The notes under the pieces are model-generated. The model was not told the DNA's origin. It saw only the letters and a program-made list of their open reading frames with translations, and ran no database searches. From Lama guanicoe (taxonomy: Eukaryota), in NCBI GenBank assembly GCA_013239625.1, contig MU055785.1, forward strand, positions 14,331,206 to 14,395,205: a stretch of DNA of 64,000 nt. The letters run 5' to 3'. Shown in pieces: positions 22,684 to 34,800 of the stretch. Position 1 is the first letter of the stretch. Each line of letters starts with the position of its first letter. Made by a program: the position numbers and the translations under genes.

Positions 22684-22818
22684 CCGTTTGGTCCTGGAGC
22701 GCGGCTGCGTGTCCTGCGAGTACTGGGACGGCACGTCGGAGAGGTAGACCTCCACGTCGTCAGGCACTTCTTCTAGGAAATTGGAAGGTACAAGGCCTCT
22801 CTGCCCATTGAGCTCCCC
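22684..22818 (-). CDS. RIMBP2: RIMBP2 exon, SH3-3 C-terminal part
   Basis: ttttcag|GGG GAG CTC...AAA CGG|gtaag; [45 protein letters not shown]. Confidence 0.96.
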
Positions 22819-25800
22819 CTGAAAACAGGACCAAGGCAGAAGGACAACTGACTGCCTTTGCAGAAACCCACTGCCCGCTTTAGCGGAAGGAGCAGCTCAG
22901 AGCAGGGGCGCGCGGAGTCCATTCTGGCTCTGAAGCGGTGGGAGTTGGGACTCTGTTTCCAAACTGCTCTGATGGTAAGAAAGACCGCGCGCGGCCCTGT
23001 GCACAGAGTCTCGGCGGGGCTGCCCGGGTGGTGCCGAGGAGATGCTCAGGAACCGCTTAGTGGCGCTCAGCCCTGGCTGCCTGGCCCACCCCGAGGGACC
23101 CCGGGAGCTAGCTGCGCTCAGGCACGTGGCGGGGGGTGCGGAGTGGAGGCCGGGAGGTCAGGCGCCGAGGCAGGACTGGGAGGACTGACCTGCTCGGCCT
23201 GTTGTTTCTCGTTCTCCGCGTGAATGCTCACACAGCAGGGGAAATGAAAGTGTCCGCACCCGCCCACCCCGAGGCGCCTGCTTCAGCTCGGTGTGCATCC
23301 TTCCAGAGTGTTCTACCCATTCGCATATCCGCGCCCGTAACGCAGCCCAGCCGCCCAGCAGACACCAGTCCCGAGCGGCGCACAGCCCTCCTTGCCACTC
23401 CCCGCCCCCTGTGCTAACCTGCCCCCCAAGAACCAGACCCAAGTTCAAAGCTGACTGGCCTGGACAACATGGGGGTGCGTTTCTGTGTTCGGGAGATGAC
23501 AGTTGGGAAGAGGCGGCCTGCCAGGTCCGAACTCCCAACTGTGCATCCACGGATGCGATCCACAGGCTGAAACGGAAACCTACACCAAGGGGGAAAGTGC
23601 AAGTCGCGTTCCTAGTAAGGGGGGATCGCGGGTGTACACCCTCTACAGCCTCACCCGAACAAGTCAACAGTGGACAAAGGACTGAATAGTTATCCCCCCA
23701 CCCCACCCCCAAAAAAGACAGACGGCCCAGGAGCACAGGGAAGCTGCTCCGCACACGACTCAGGGAGACGTAAAGACGACGGCGGGAGAAGCACTCACGT
23801 TCACCGGAACGGCCGCTGTGAAATGCTTGGAAATACTGTTGGTGAGGACGTGGCGAAACTGGAACCTCTGTGCACTGTTGGTGGGCGTGTGAAATGGTGT
23901 GGCCACTGCGGGAGAAACTACGGCGGTTCCCCGAAAAGTCAAAAACAGCACGAGCCAGCAACTCCATGGCTGGACGTACACCCCAAAGCCGTGAAGGCCG
24001 AGTCTTGAACAGGTGCTTGCACACCTGTGTTCACAGCAGCGTCACTCACGGCAGCCAAGAGACGGAGGCAGGCTAACTTCATCAATGGATGAAATGCATG
24101 AACAGTGGAGGAGTATTCAGCCTTAAAAAGGAAGGTGATTCTGGCCCGGGGACAGTGTGTTAAGGGAGCTAAACCAGTCAGAAGGCCGCAGTGAGGCTCC
24201 TGGCGCGGTCAGAGTCAGAGTCGTGAGGAGGTGTCGGGCCCGGGGCAGGGGGGACGTGGGTTCGCGTTTCAAGGAGACACAGCCGGCCGCTGCAGGACGG
24301 CAAGAGTTTGCGAGCGGGACACGGCGACGGTTCTACAGTCCGAGCATACTTAGCTCGTAAGTGACTCAGATGGTCGTTTTATGTGTATTTCATCACAAAT
24401 AAAAATTCATGTTGACTTTTTAAAAACGGGCAGCCCCAGGCACGTCCCGTCTTCCTGCGCAGTAACCCCCCGGGCCCTGCGCACACCTGCGCGGCCCGCC
24501 CCGCCCCGCCCCGCCGCCCTTTCTCCGTGGCTGCTCCTTCCAGGCTTCACACCCCTTCGCTGCTTACTGCGCACGTGCCCGCCCGGTGACTTCCTTCTCA
24601 CCAAGGGCTGCAGACAACACCTGTACGTAAGACGCTCAAAACCCTGTCCCGTCCGGCCCCTCAGTGAGGCCAGCGCGGCCAGATCGCCCTCCAGCAGCTG
24701 GAGACCACGTTCCTTGCTCCTGGGTGAGCACCGGCGGGGCGGCGGGCTTGCGTCTGGGGACCGCGCTCCGCGCTGCACGAGACACAGCCCCGCAAGCAGG
24801 CCCCGGGGCTGCGTTCCCGCCCGGAGCTCCAGGCCTCCAGGTGACGCCAGAGCAGTGGCCGTGACCGCGTCGCGGCTCCTCGCGCGCTCTCCTGAGCCTC
24901 CCACCCTCGATGCCATTAAATCACGTCGCACGTGCCTGCGACGCCACGCGGCCGCGCCCACGCCGTGTGCCCGGCGCAGGCTGGGGGCCCTGCAGCCTTC
25001 TGGGGGCGCGCGCCCCCACCTTGGAGGTACTCGGCGTCCTGTTCGCGCCCTCGGGTTCCGCGTCTTCCTTCCTCCGTGTGCTCACCCGCCTCCCCAGGGG
25101 CACCTCAGTGCAGGCTCCGGGGCCGCACCAGGCCGGCTCACAGCACGCCTCCTGGACGCCAGCGACGGGCCGCCTGGCGGCCCGGGGCTCCCACTCCCTT
25201 CAGCAGCCCACCGGCAAGCCCGACAAGCCCCTGTCTCTGAGAGAAGACCTGACCTGGACGTTTGCCCGCTCGCACGCCCCTCCCTGCCCGACCCCTGCCC
25301 TTGCAGCCCCCGTCCCACTGCTGATGTGCTGGAGGCCAGACGCGAGCTGTGGGAAGGCCTCACGTCCGAGCAAACGGTGCCGCTGGTCCCCGCCGGTCCC
25401 CGCGCCCAGTCAGCTCACGCAGGGCACGCGTTTGGCTGACACAGCACAAGGGTTAAGGATCACAGGTACCAGAAGCCTCAAGTGCCTGGCGACAACGCGG
25501 CGACTTAACTGGGGATGTCACGCGTCATGGAGGGAGAGGCCCAGAGACAAGAGGGGTCCTTCTGGCTACGCCCACGCTGTCGTCGCGGGAACAGCAGTCG
25601 AGCCCATGAAAGAGCCGCCAGCTCTCTTGAGAGTGGTTACGATTGCGCGTGATGTCAAAGAACGCGGGTTTGGGGAAATTTAACATGTTTGGTGTCAAGT
25701 TAGGTGTTCTTGTTTATGAAATAAAAAGTAACGGTAAGTGGACTGGGTGGTCAACTCAGTAAATTCGACCAACAAAGTAACAGTAAAGCCATTTGGTGGT

Positions 25801-28800
25801 GAGAGAACTAAAAAATGAACATTTCATATCAATTTACATCTGATTCTCATGATCATATAAAATTTAAGCAAGGTCATTCGAGAAAAAACAAAACATAATG
25901 TAGGAATGGGCATGTGCAGATAATATTAGAAAAACATTTTTAAATTACCAGAAAATACTATGTCCAGTTTTGTCTGAACACTTGAAAAATCTAAATGAAA
26001 GGCATGGTTTTCCAAATATATACACATTTTTAAAAACTGACTCCATAAGAAGATAGTTATTTAAACAAATGAAAACTTCTGTACAACTGCATTCTGAAAA
26101 GGCACTGAACCTGGACGACGTTTAGGCTGACTGCAGGCACATTCACGTGGTGACGAGACCTACCTGTCACTGATCTGCTCCGAGGACAGAAACATACTGG
26201 AACCTCTCCAATTCACTCAGTATCTCTAGAGTAATCCTGATACCAAAAGCCATAAAAAAAGGTGCTCCAAAAAATACAGATAGATAGAATTTCTAGAATA
26301 TAAGTGTAACTTCTGAATAAAATGTTAGCACGTCAAACCCAGTGCTTTCAAAATAATTATGAAAAATAGTTGTATACAAGTCAAAATTTACTGATAAAAA
26401 GTAAGCTTAGCAACGAAAACAGGACACTTAGCATCACAAAGACTGACTGTACTGATAATCTAGCCTGACACACAGCAGTACAAAGACGAGTGACACAAGT
26501 GCTGAGAGGACAGACAGAGGTTTCAAACACTTACGTAGTAGAAACCATCTTCATCAATTTCACCAAAAACAGTGATGATGTCTCCCGTGCAGAACGTCAG
26601 CTCGGCCTGCAGACAGAGCACAAGGTCAGCGCTCTTCCTGTGCACAGAAGTTGCTTTAAAAACAACCCATGATTTCTGGTATTCGTTCTTTTTTTTCCTT
26701 ATTATTTTGGTATCAAATGTATTCGTATTTAAGTGTAAGAATGTAAATACACTTACTCTGTTTCCAGCATATTACATACACTGAACATACCCGTATTAGA
26801 AAAGAAGGAACTTTTTCCAGTCAGATTTCGTCCAGGCAGATAAGGAAGAAGGGCACGAATCTAATGAACACCTCTGTTCAAGCTTCGTAGAAAAGTAAGG
26901 ACAACTCAAAATGCGGCCAGCGCGCAGGAGAAAGGCTGCTGCGCTGGCTCGCGGCCAGCTCTCTAGGCCATCAGCAGGTTCTGCTGGCGGCCCCGCCATT
27001 GGAAGTAGCCAAAGAGGTCACTTAGAGCCTGGAGCTCTGGGATGTTCTCTGCAGTGTGGCTACCACTGCACACACAGCCTTTCTCTGACTGTAAAAACAT
27101 CTGTAGGTAAATGTCAAGTGTGCGCGACATGCCAGGCTCCTGGCTGGAGGTGGGCACACACAACCCAGCAGATACCAGAGAAATGGCACTTATCTCCCTA
27201 GACATGAAAGTGAAGGGACAAAGCTCGTATCTAAGAGTCGCCAGGCGTCATACGCGCACGAGCCCGGACAGCACAGACCCCGAAGCTCTGAGCCGGAACC
27301 CCGAGCCGGGGCTGCGGGAGCGCCGAGGAGCGCGGCTGGTGCGGAGTGGAGCCCCGGGAACACCCGCCCCGCCCTGCCCCTTGACCGCGTGCGGGGGGGG
27401 GGGTCACCTCCACGTCGATGTTGGGCGAGCTCTCCCTCGGGTCGTAGTCGTACAGCGCCACCATCCGCCGCGTGGGCGCCGCGCGCGGCCTGCCGCCCCT
27501 GCCGCTCCTCTCTGTCCGCGTCACGGGGTGGGGAGGAGAGTCGCCATGAAGCGTTTCGGCGTCCCGGGGCCCTGTCTCCAGGGCGGCTCGGGCGCGGCCC
27601 CCGCGGCGGGAAGGCCCGCCGACTCCGGGCCAGCAGCCATGCCCACCCCCCCTTCCCCCCGGGCTGCTGGGCCACCAAACCGGGCGGCTCTCCCCGGGAC
27701 CCGAGGCGCAGCCTGGCTCCGCCCCCGGAGAAGCGTGGCTCCGCCCCGGGGGAAAGGGGCCCCTTCTCCTCCCACCCCGGGCCCCTTCCCGCCGCCTCCC
27801 CTGCGCCCTGTGGCTGTGCTGTCAACAGCGCCCCTTCCAGAGGACGATGGCGCAGGGGCTCCAGCCGCCACGCTGTGTGGCCGCAGGCGGGCGGCCCGCG
27901 GGGAGGGCAGAGGGGCCCCTCCAGGCGACGCAGGCTGCCTGGCCAACCCCGGTGTCAGGCATCTAGTAACTGTTCCGGGGAAACTGGGATCGAAGCATTG
28001 CTTCTGAGCCCAGGCCCTTTTTGCCCACAATCAATTTTTGGAATTTAAAACAATTTTTAAAAAGCATATAAATGAGAACAATATATTAAAGGCCAGTGTT
28101 TTGAAAGCAACACGTTAGTTATGCGGCTTCTCAGCGGTTGCAGCAGGCGTCGTGTCTGCGCATGAGCCAGCCCTCGGCCACTGGGTAAGAATCTCTGCTT
28201 TCATCTCGCTAATTATCAGAGACATGCAAATCCAAACCACACTGAGGTGGCACCTCACACCAGTCAGAATGGCCATCATTCAAAAGTCCACAAACGATAA
28301 ATGCTGGAGAGGGTGTGGAGAAAAGGGAGACCTCCTACACTGCTGGTGGGAATGCAGTTTGGTGCAGCCACTGTGGAAAACAGCAGCAGGTGCCTTAAAA
28401 GACTAAACTAGACTTAACATGTGACCCAGCCATCCCACTCCTGGGCACATATCCAGAGGGAACTTTAATTCAAAAAGATACATGCACCTCAGTGTTCACA
28501 GCAGCACTATNNNNNNNNNNNNNNNNNNNNNNNNNNNNNNNNNNNNNNNNNNNNNNNNNNNNNNNNNNNNNNNNNNNNNNNNNNNNNNNNNNNNNNNNNN
28601 NNNNNNNNNNNNNNNNNNNNNNNNNNNNNNNNNNNNNNNNNNNNNNNNNNNNNNNNNNNNNNNNNNNNNNNNNNNNNNNNNNNNNNNNNNNNNNNNNNNN
28701 NNNTGATATCACTTATATGTGGATTCTAAAAAAAGACAAATGCACTTACTTACAAAACAGTAACAGACTCAGACATAGAAAACAAACTTAGGAGGGAAGG

Positions 28801-31800
28801 GGGTGAGAAGGGATAAATTGAGAGGCTGGGATGTGCAGATACACACTACTGTATGTACAAAAGATAAGTAACAATTTCATAGTGTACAGCACAGGGAACT
28901 ATAGTCAATATCTTGTAGTAACTTATACTGAACAAGAATATGGAAATAAATCTGTATGTGTATGTATGACTGAACTATTATGCTGAGAAACTGACACAAC
29001 ACTGTAAACTGACCATAGTTCAAAAAAAATAATCCATACCCAACCTTCTTGGAAAAAAAGAGATATGAATAGAAAAAGAAAAGAAACACTACTTTCACTT
29101 CAGATAAGCAGCGCACCTCTGCAGGGCCTGCAGGGACGTTTCCTTGAACAAGGCACAGCAGTGACCAGTCAGTGACGGCGCCTGCACGCGCTGCCAGCAC
29201 TGCAGGGACGGTGCAGTACGCGTCTCTGAAGGTGGCGGGAGCAGCACACCTACTCTGTCGAGGTATAATTTACATCCAGGAGGACTCGCTCTTCAGTGAG
29301 TTCTGATAAACTTGGTTGCACATCTCACCACAGCAACCCAGGCACAGAACAGTGCCACCACCCCACCACTCCTTCACGCTCCCCTGCTGTCTGCGCCAGC
29401 CCGGGTAGCCACCGATCGGCTTCCTGTCCCAGTGTGCCTGCCTCTTCCAGAACACCCTTTAAGTGGCATCACACAGATACAGCTTTTGGGGCCTGGCTTC
29501 TTTCATTCGGACAGTGGTTCTGAGGCCCGTTCACACCACTGAACGGATCGACAGTCTGTTCTGCTTTTACTGGCGGGTGGTACCCCCTCACATGGGTGCA
29601 CCACAGCTATTTATCCACCTGGAAGGCGTCTGAGTGGTTCCCAGTCATCAGTGACTGTGAGTTAAACCACCATAAACATTCATGGACAGCTTTTTTGTGT
29701 GCAAAGAAGAGAGCACTAGTACTAATACGAGTGGAGCTGGACTGGACTAAGTGTAGGTTTAACTCTACAAGAACCCACCCAACTGTTCTGGGAAGGGATT
29801 GCACCATTTGACACTCCACTGAAACCGAGCAGGACCCTACAGGGCCTTCCTGGGGACAGGACCCCCTCCCCACCATCCCCTGCCTCTTATTTGTAGAAAA
29901 AGTTCAGCCTTTTAGGCCTTTCCTGAGTTCTAAAGAGCAAATTTAATCAGAGAAGTGAGAAAAATACAGAAACAAAGGGAAATAGTCAAGCAAGATGAAA
30001 TAATAGTTTAGCTGTAAAGCAATGCCAAGGACCCTTCACTCCTCCTCAAGGGCTGAGGACGATATCCTGAGAGTTGTTCTGCAGATGCTAAAACCCCCAC
30101 CAGGTGGAGGAAGTTCACTGCTGACCACCAGCACACAGACCCCAGACCGGCTGGCGCCAGAAGGCCCACCCAGTTACCTCACCACCAGCCAATGAGAAGC
30201 ACGCCCATGAGATGATCAGGCCCCCTGTGGCCCCTCCCTCACCTTGTTTTTAAAGGCCCCTTCCCTAAAAGCCATAGGGGAGCTCCGGTCTCCTGAACAC
30301 AAGCCGCCGGTTCTCCTTGCTGGGCGCCTGCAATAAATGCTGTGCTTTCCTTCACCACGACCTGCTGCGCGCAGACTGGCTTTGCTGCCAGGTTCACGGG
30401 GAGCAGGGGCTCGCTGCTCACCTATTTTCTCCACAGGTGTGTTCAGAGGGAGGAAGCCTTGTCTGAGAAGCTGGTCCATCATCTCCTCGTCGTCTGCTTG
30501 GATTTCGGAGACCATGTTGCAAGGAATAAGGCCGAGCCGGGCACAGGTCTCCCCGCGGTAGAAGCCATCAGCATCCTTATCCCCGTAAACCTGCAGTGTG
30601 AGAAGCGGGAGGAAGGCGCTGGGGGCTCGGGAGCACATCGGCTCTGCCGCGAGGCCAGCGGACGTGCGGAGCACCGGAAACACGTGTGCGTAGCCCTGCC
30701 GCAAACCTGCCTCCCCAGGAGCGCGTTTCGGCCCCGGGCCTCCCTCCCCGCCGGGGCTGCCGGCCCAGGCCGGGGCTCCGCCGCACGCGCGCGCGCCCGA
30801 GGCCGCTCGTCCCGCCTCCGGCCGCAGCAAACGGTTCCCCCGGAAGGAGGCGGTGCCACTGCCGGGCATTCTGAAGTGAGTCATCTCCACGGGCAGACTG
30901 CGCGTGGCACTCCGCGGGGTGAGCGCCGCTGTCCTTCAAAGGCCGTTTCACTGACCAGCATCAGGACCACTACGAACGGCGAGTCACCAGCGCCCCGTCG
31001 CCCCTCCGTCCCCCGGGAGCACCGCTCCGCGCCAGCTGCGGCGCGCCGCCCCTCCCCTCCCCCGCAGGTTAAGGCGCCGGCTGCGGCGCGCCCCCCGCCC
31101 GCCCGGCCGTGCCCCCACCTTGATGATCTGCCCTTCCTTGAAGGGCAGCTCCTCCTCTGCGGCATCTGGGTTCGGGGACATGGTGAGGGGGTCGTAGTCG
31201 AAAAGAGCCACAAAGATGCGCGCCTGCGGCTCCTCCGCACCGGGGTCCGTCTCTGACTCCTCGTAGAAGTCCGGGGAGAGCCGGCCGCGACCCCTGTATT
31301 CATCTGCGGGCGGGTGGGGTGAAGGACAGGTGCTGGTGATGCCTGCCGGCCACCCCGCACCGCGACCCAGCCATCCCCCACCCGCGACCGGGGACGTCCG
31401 CTGGCACATGAAATGCGTTTTGGAAAGTGAGGGGAATGGATTTGGCACTTTAACTTTTGTCTTGAAAAGACAAAAACATTCCTTACTGTGCAAGCGGGAA
31501 TGATCACCTCGACAGATAGCTCAGAAAAGCAAGTAACATATAAAACCCAGGCAGCAGGGTGACTCCAGCCACGAGGCAGGTGAAGGCAGCAGGAGACAAG
31601 GACACTGGTGCCAGTGACCCCTGCAAAGCAGGCATGAGGGACGGGAGGGCGGCCACCGGGTCAGGCCCAGAGACCCAGGATGTGCTTGTAACAGGCGGGC
31701 ACTCGGGAGGTCTGCAGTGCACGCGCTCACTGGCCGCAGCCTGAGACCGGGGCCCACGCTGCCCCCTCAGCTCTGAATACTAAGTGGCCGTAAGTGCACC

Positions 31801-34800
31801 CGTCACTGCAGGGAGCCAACGGCCTCCTGGCAGAGTCGAGTTTCAAGTCCACCCACCACCCAGCTTTTTGAAACCCTAGTAATACCCATGCATGGTATCA
31901 TCATAGACATGTGCACATCTCACCATCCACGGGTCTGTACTAGGAAACGAGGGTCGGCCAGCAGAGAATACCATTCCGACCTCACGAGAGGGCTCAGAAC
32001 ATCAGTGGGAAGTAAATGAGAACCACTCCAGCCCTCGGAACAAGCCAGCCTGCCCGGGAAAACTCGTCACCAGCTCACAAGCACAGGAGGAGGGAAGAGG
32101 CCAAGGGGTGGGAAGACAGGAGAGGCGCTGGGGAAAAAGCCAGGAAACCCACTTCTTTCACCGGCAGACACGTTGAGGTGAAAAAGAGCCTATTTTTTTT
32201 CACGCAGGAAAGACTGACTTTTTTAAATGCAGTGAACTAGGGGGCGGGGAGAGCTGGGAGGTAAAGCACGCGGCCCGGCGCGCGAGGTCCTGCGCTCGCT
32301 CCCCACCTCACGCCGATGACATGGTTTTGAGTCTGGTACGTGTGGAGCTACATAATCTTTGTCTTTTTGATTCAAGAGGGGCTTTTATTTTTAATTGAGG
32401 AAACCTAGAGCATATTAAAAGGTACAGCATTTTTTGTGAATGCATTGCTTATTAAAAATACATTTAGAAAGGATACAGTCTGCAGATTTAAGTTCCTCTG
32501 GAGAAAAAAATGGGTGCTTTTCGAGTCCAGCCGAGTTCTGGGCTGTTCATTACTGCCCCCGCACAAGGAAGCATAACCACCCGGGGCTGGCCGAGACCGG
32601 CCTGCTGGCGCGTCGCTGACCATGCAGTCCCCCCCCACCCCCCGGGTCTGGGGCAGGGCTCTCCTCTTTTTTGGTGGCTGCTGGACACACTTCACTCTCG
32701 TCCTTCGAAAATACAGCAGGCCGTCCGGTCCGTGCGCGAGCCGTGCATGCGCGTTTAGAGCCGACACTGACTGTGCCTGCGGTGTGCTTTCTGGCCCTGC
32801 TGCCCGGTAAGGGGTCGGGCGCAGTCGCGGCAGCCCTGTCGTGGGCTTATGGAGTGCTTTTTTGAGTTATAAAGAGGCCTTTTTGTTAAGGTGTTAGCAG
32901 AGCATCACTCCTCCTGCGAACCTGGCTGGCGTCTCACTAGGAGGAAGACAACCCTGACCCAAGGGCACTCAGAGACACTGATTCCGCCTTTACTCCCTCG
33001 TCCAGGTGCCGGCGGGAAGCACCGTCATTTTCTATTCTTGGACTTTCCTTCTCTGTCCCAGGAGCCTGGAGGAGGCGGCCACCAGACCTCCCCCAGAGGA
33101 CACCCCTTCCAGGGCCACGACGTGCACTGCCCACCGGGGAACAGGGGCCGTTCGTGCAGAGGGCAGTGCCTGTGGTCGTCACTCGTCAAAGTCATAACCA
33201 AGTGAGGGCTTGGAGACCACGTTCCACAGGAGGAACAGCCTCGGACCGGCCCCACCTGGTTCCTAAAGACGGTCGGTCCTGGCACGTCATTTCCGTTTTA
33301 AGCCAGGGGACCAGCCCCGACCTGTGCAGCTGTCCCCGAGGGAACCACACAGGGGAACTGAGGCCTGAGGGGGCGGTGCGAGCTCACAGCCGTCAGGAGC
33401 CACGAAGGCTCAGGACGCCCCCGCTCTGAGGGCGCCCAGCGTCCTCCCTGCCTGTGCAGGTTTTGTTATTTTTCAGCTAACTGAAAATACTGTTTTTAAG
33501 ACTCTTTAACGGTCTATGAAATTTTTACTGATAAAAATAAACACATCCTAAAAACTATAAAGATGGAAAAGCAAACTTTCCCCGTTGTTTGGAGCCTCGG
33601 GGGACCTGCACTGCCTTTAAAAGGCCTTCATCATTTTGGCTGACGTGAGCGGAGACCAGCTACCGTTTGAGCCGGAGCCGCTCCCACATGGCCGGGGCTG
33701 TGTTCCGGGTCTCCCCGGGTTTTGCGGTTCCCTGCTTTGTCTCACATGTGTGAGCGTGCTGACTGCCAGGCTCTGTGGTCCCGCCTGTGATACTGTCTGG
33801 GACTGTTTGGGCCGCAGTTGGTCCCAGTGCTGGCCAGGGGGATTCCCATCCGACCTTCAGCCACGCTTCCCCTCGGGCAGATTGGTTAGAATGAGCAGAA
33901 TGACAGCTTTCAGCACTGCTGGCTGAATTCCAAAAAGTGATTAAGGGAATGGAAACAGCCGCCAGAGGGTGACTTGGGAACAGCGGGTGACCAGATGGAC
34001 GGGGGCAGCACACCCTTCCCGAGACACATCTGGGCCTCCTGGTGCTTTTCACAGCTTCAGTTCCAGGTGCCGAAGCGCTGCACGCATTCGGATAGCTCTG
34101 CGTCTGCACGGGGCCTGTGCAGACACCGGGAGCCCGGCCACCACCCCTGCCTCCGCTGCCCTCACCATGGGCATCTCAGCAGTGCGTGAACGGGACCCCG
34201 CGGGACGGCCCTTTACCATCTCTTCAATGCTCCCACCGGCAGCCTCTCCAGGAAAACAAAGTTAAGGAGAAGCTGACGGAAAAGGTCAATATATTCGGAG
34301 AATACTTACAAATAGGTTTTCTTTCTGCTGTCTCTGCCCTCTTTTGCCATAAATAACCAAGAACTTTTTGTACTTAGTTGAAAATACAGAATATGATCCC
34401 TAATCTTTTTTTCAAACGTTCAGACTGACGACCAAACAGCCATCTGCTCTGGGGGTAAAAGAAAGAGGGAGGCCTCGATCGGGCCCACTGACCGGTAGCG
34501 AGGCCCATCACTGGCCGGGACCTGTGGGGGCCAGCGCTGCCGCGGGACAGCCTCCGGGCCACACGATCCGCCCTCCCAGCCCGTCCTGCAGACGCCGGGT
34601 TTCCTAAAATCTGAAGACAAAACAACAACAAAGTCAGAAGGCTTGGCAGCCGTGGGAACCGAAGGGTCAAGTCAGCCCAGTCAACCCCACTTGGAAGCAC
34701 AAGCTCTAAAGGCAACTAAACGTAGCTTTTAACTGAAAGGTTAGCTGAAGGGCCCGAGAGGGGAGCGCTCGGTCCAGGCGCTCGCCTCTGCGCGTGGCTG

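Noticed and set aside
24381-25683. 352-aa and 257-aa ORFs
   Set aside because: They coincide with a CpG island and are a compositional artefact.
34166-34245. Exon-like segment [27 protein letters not shown] with donor ATG|gtgagg
   Set aside because: It has a rare GAG acceptor and ends in phase 0, whereas the next exon needs phase 1.
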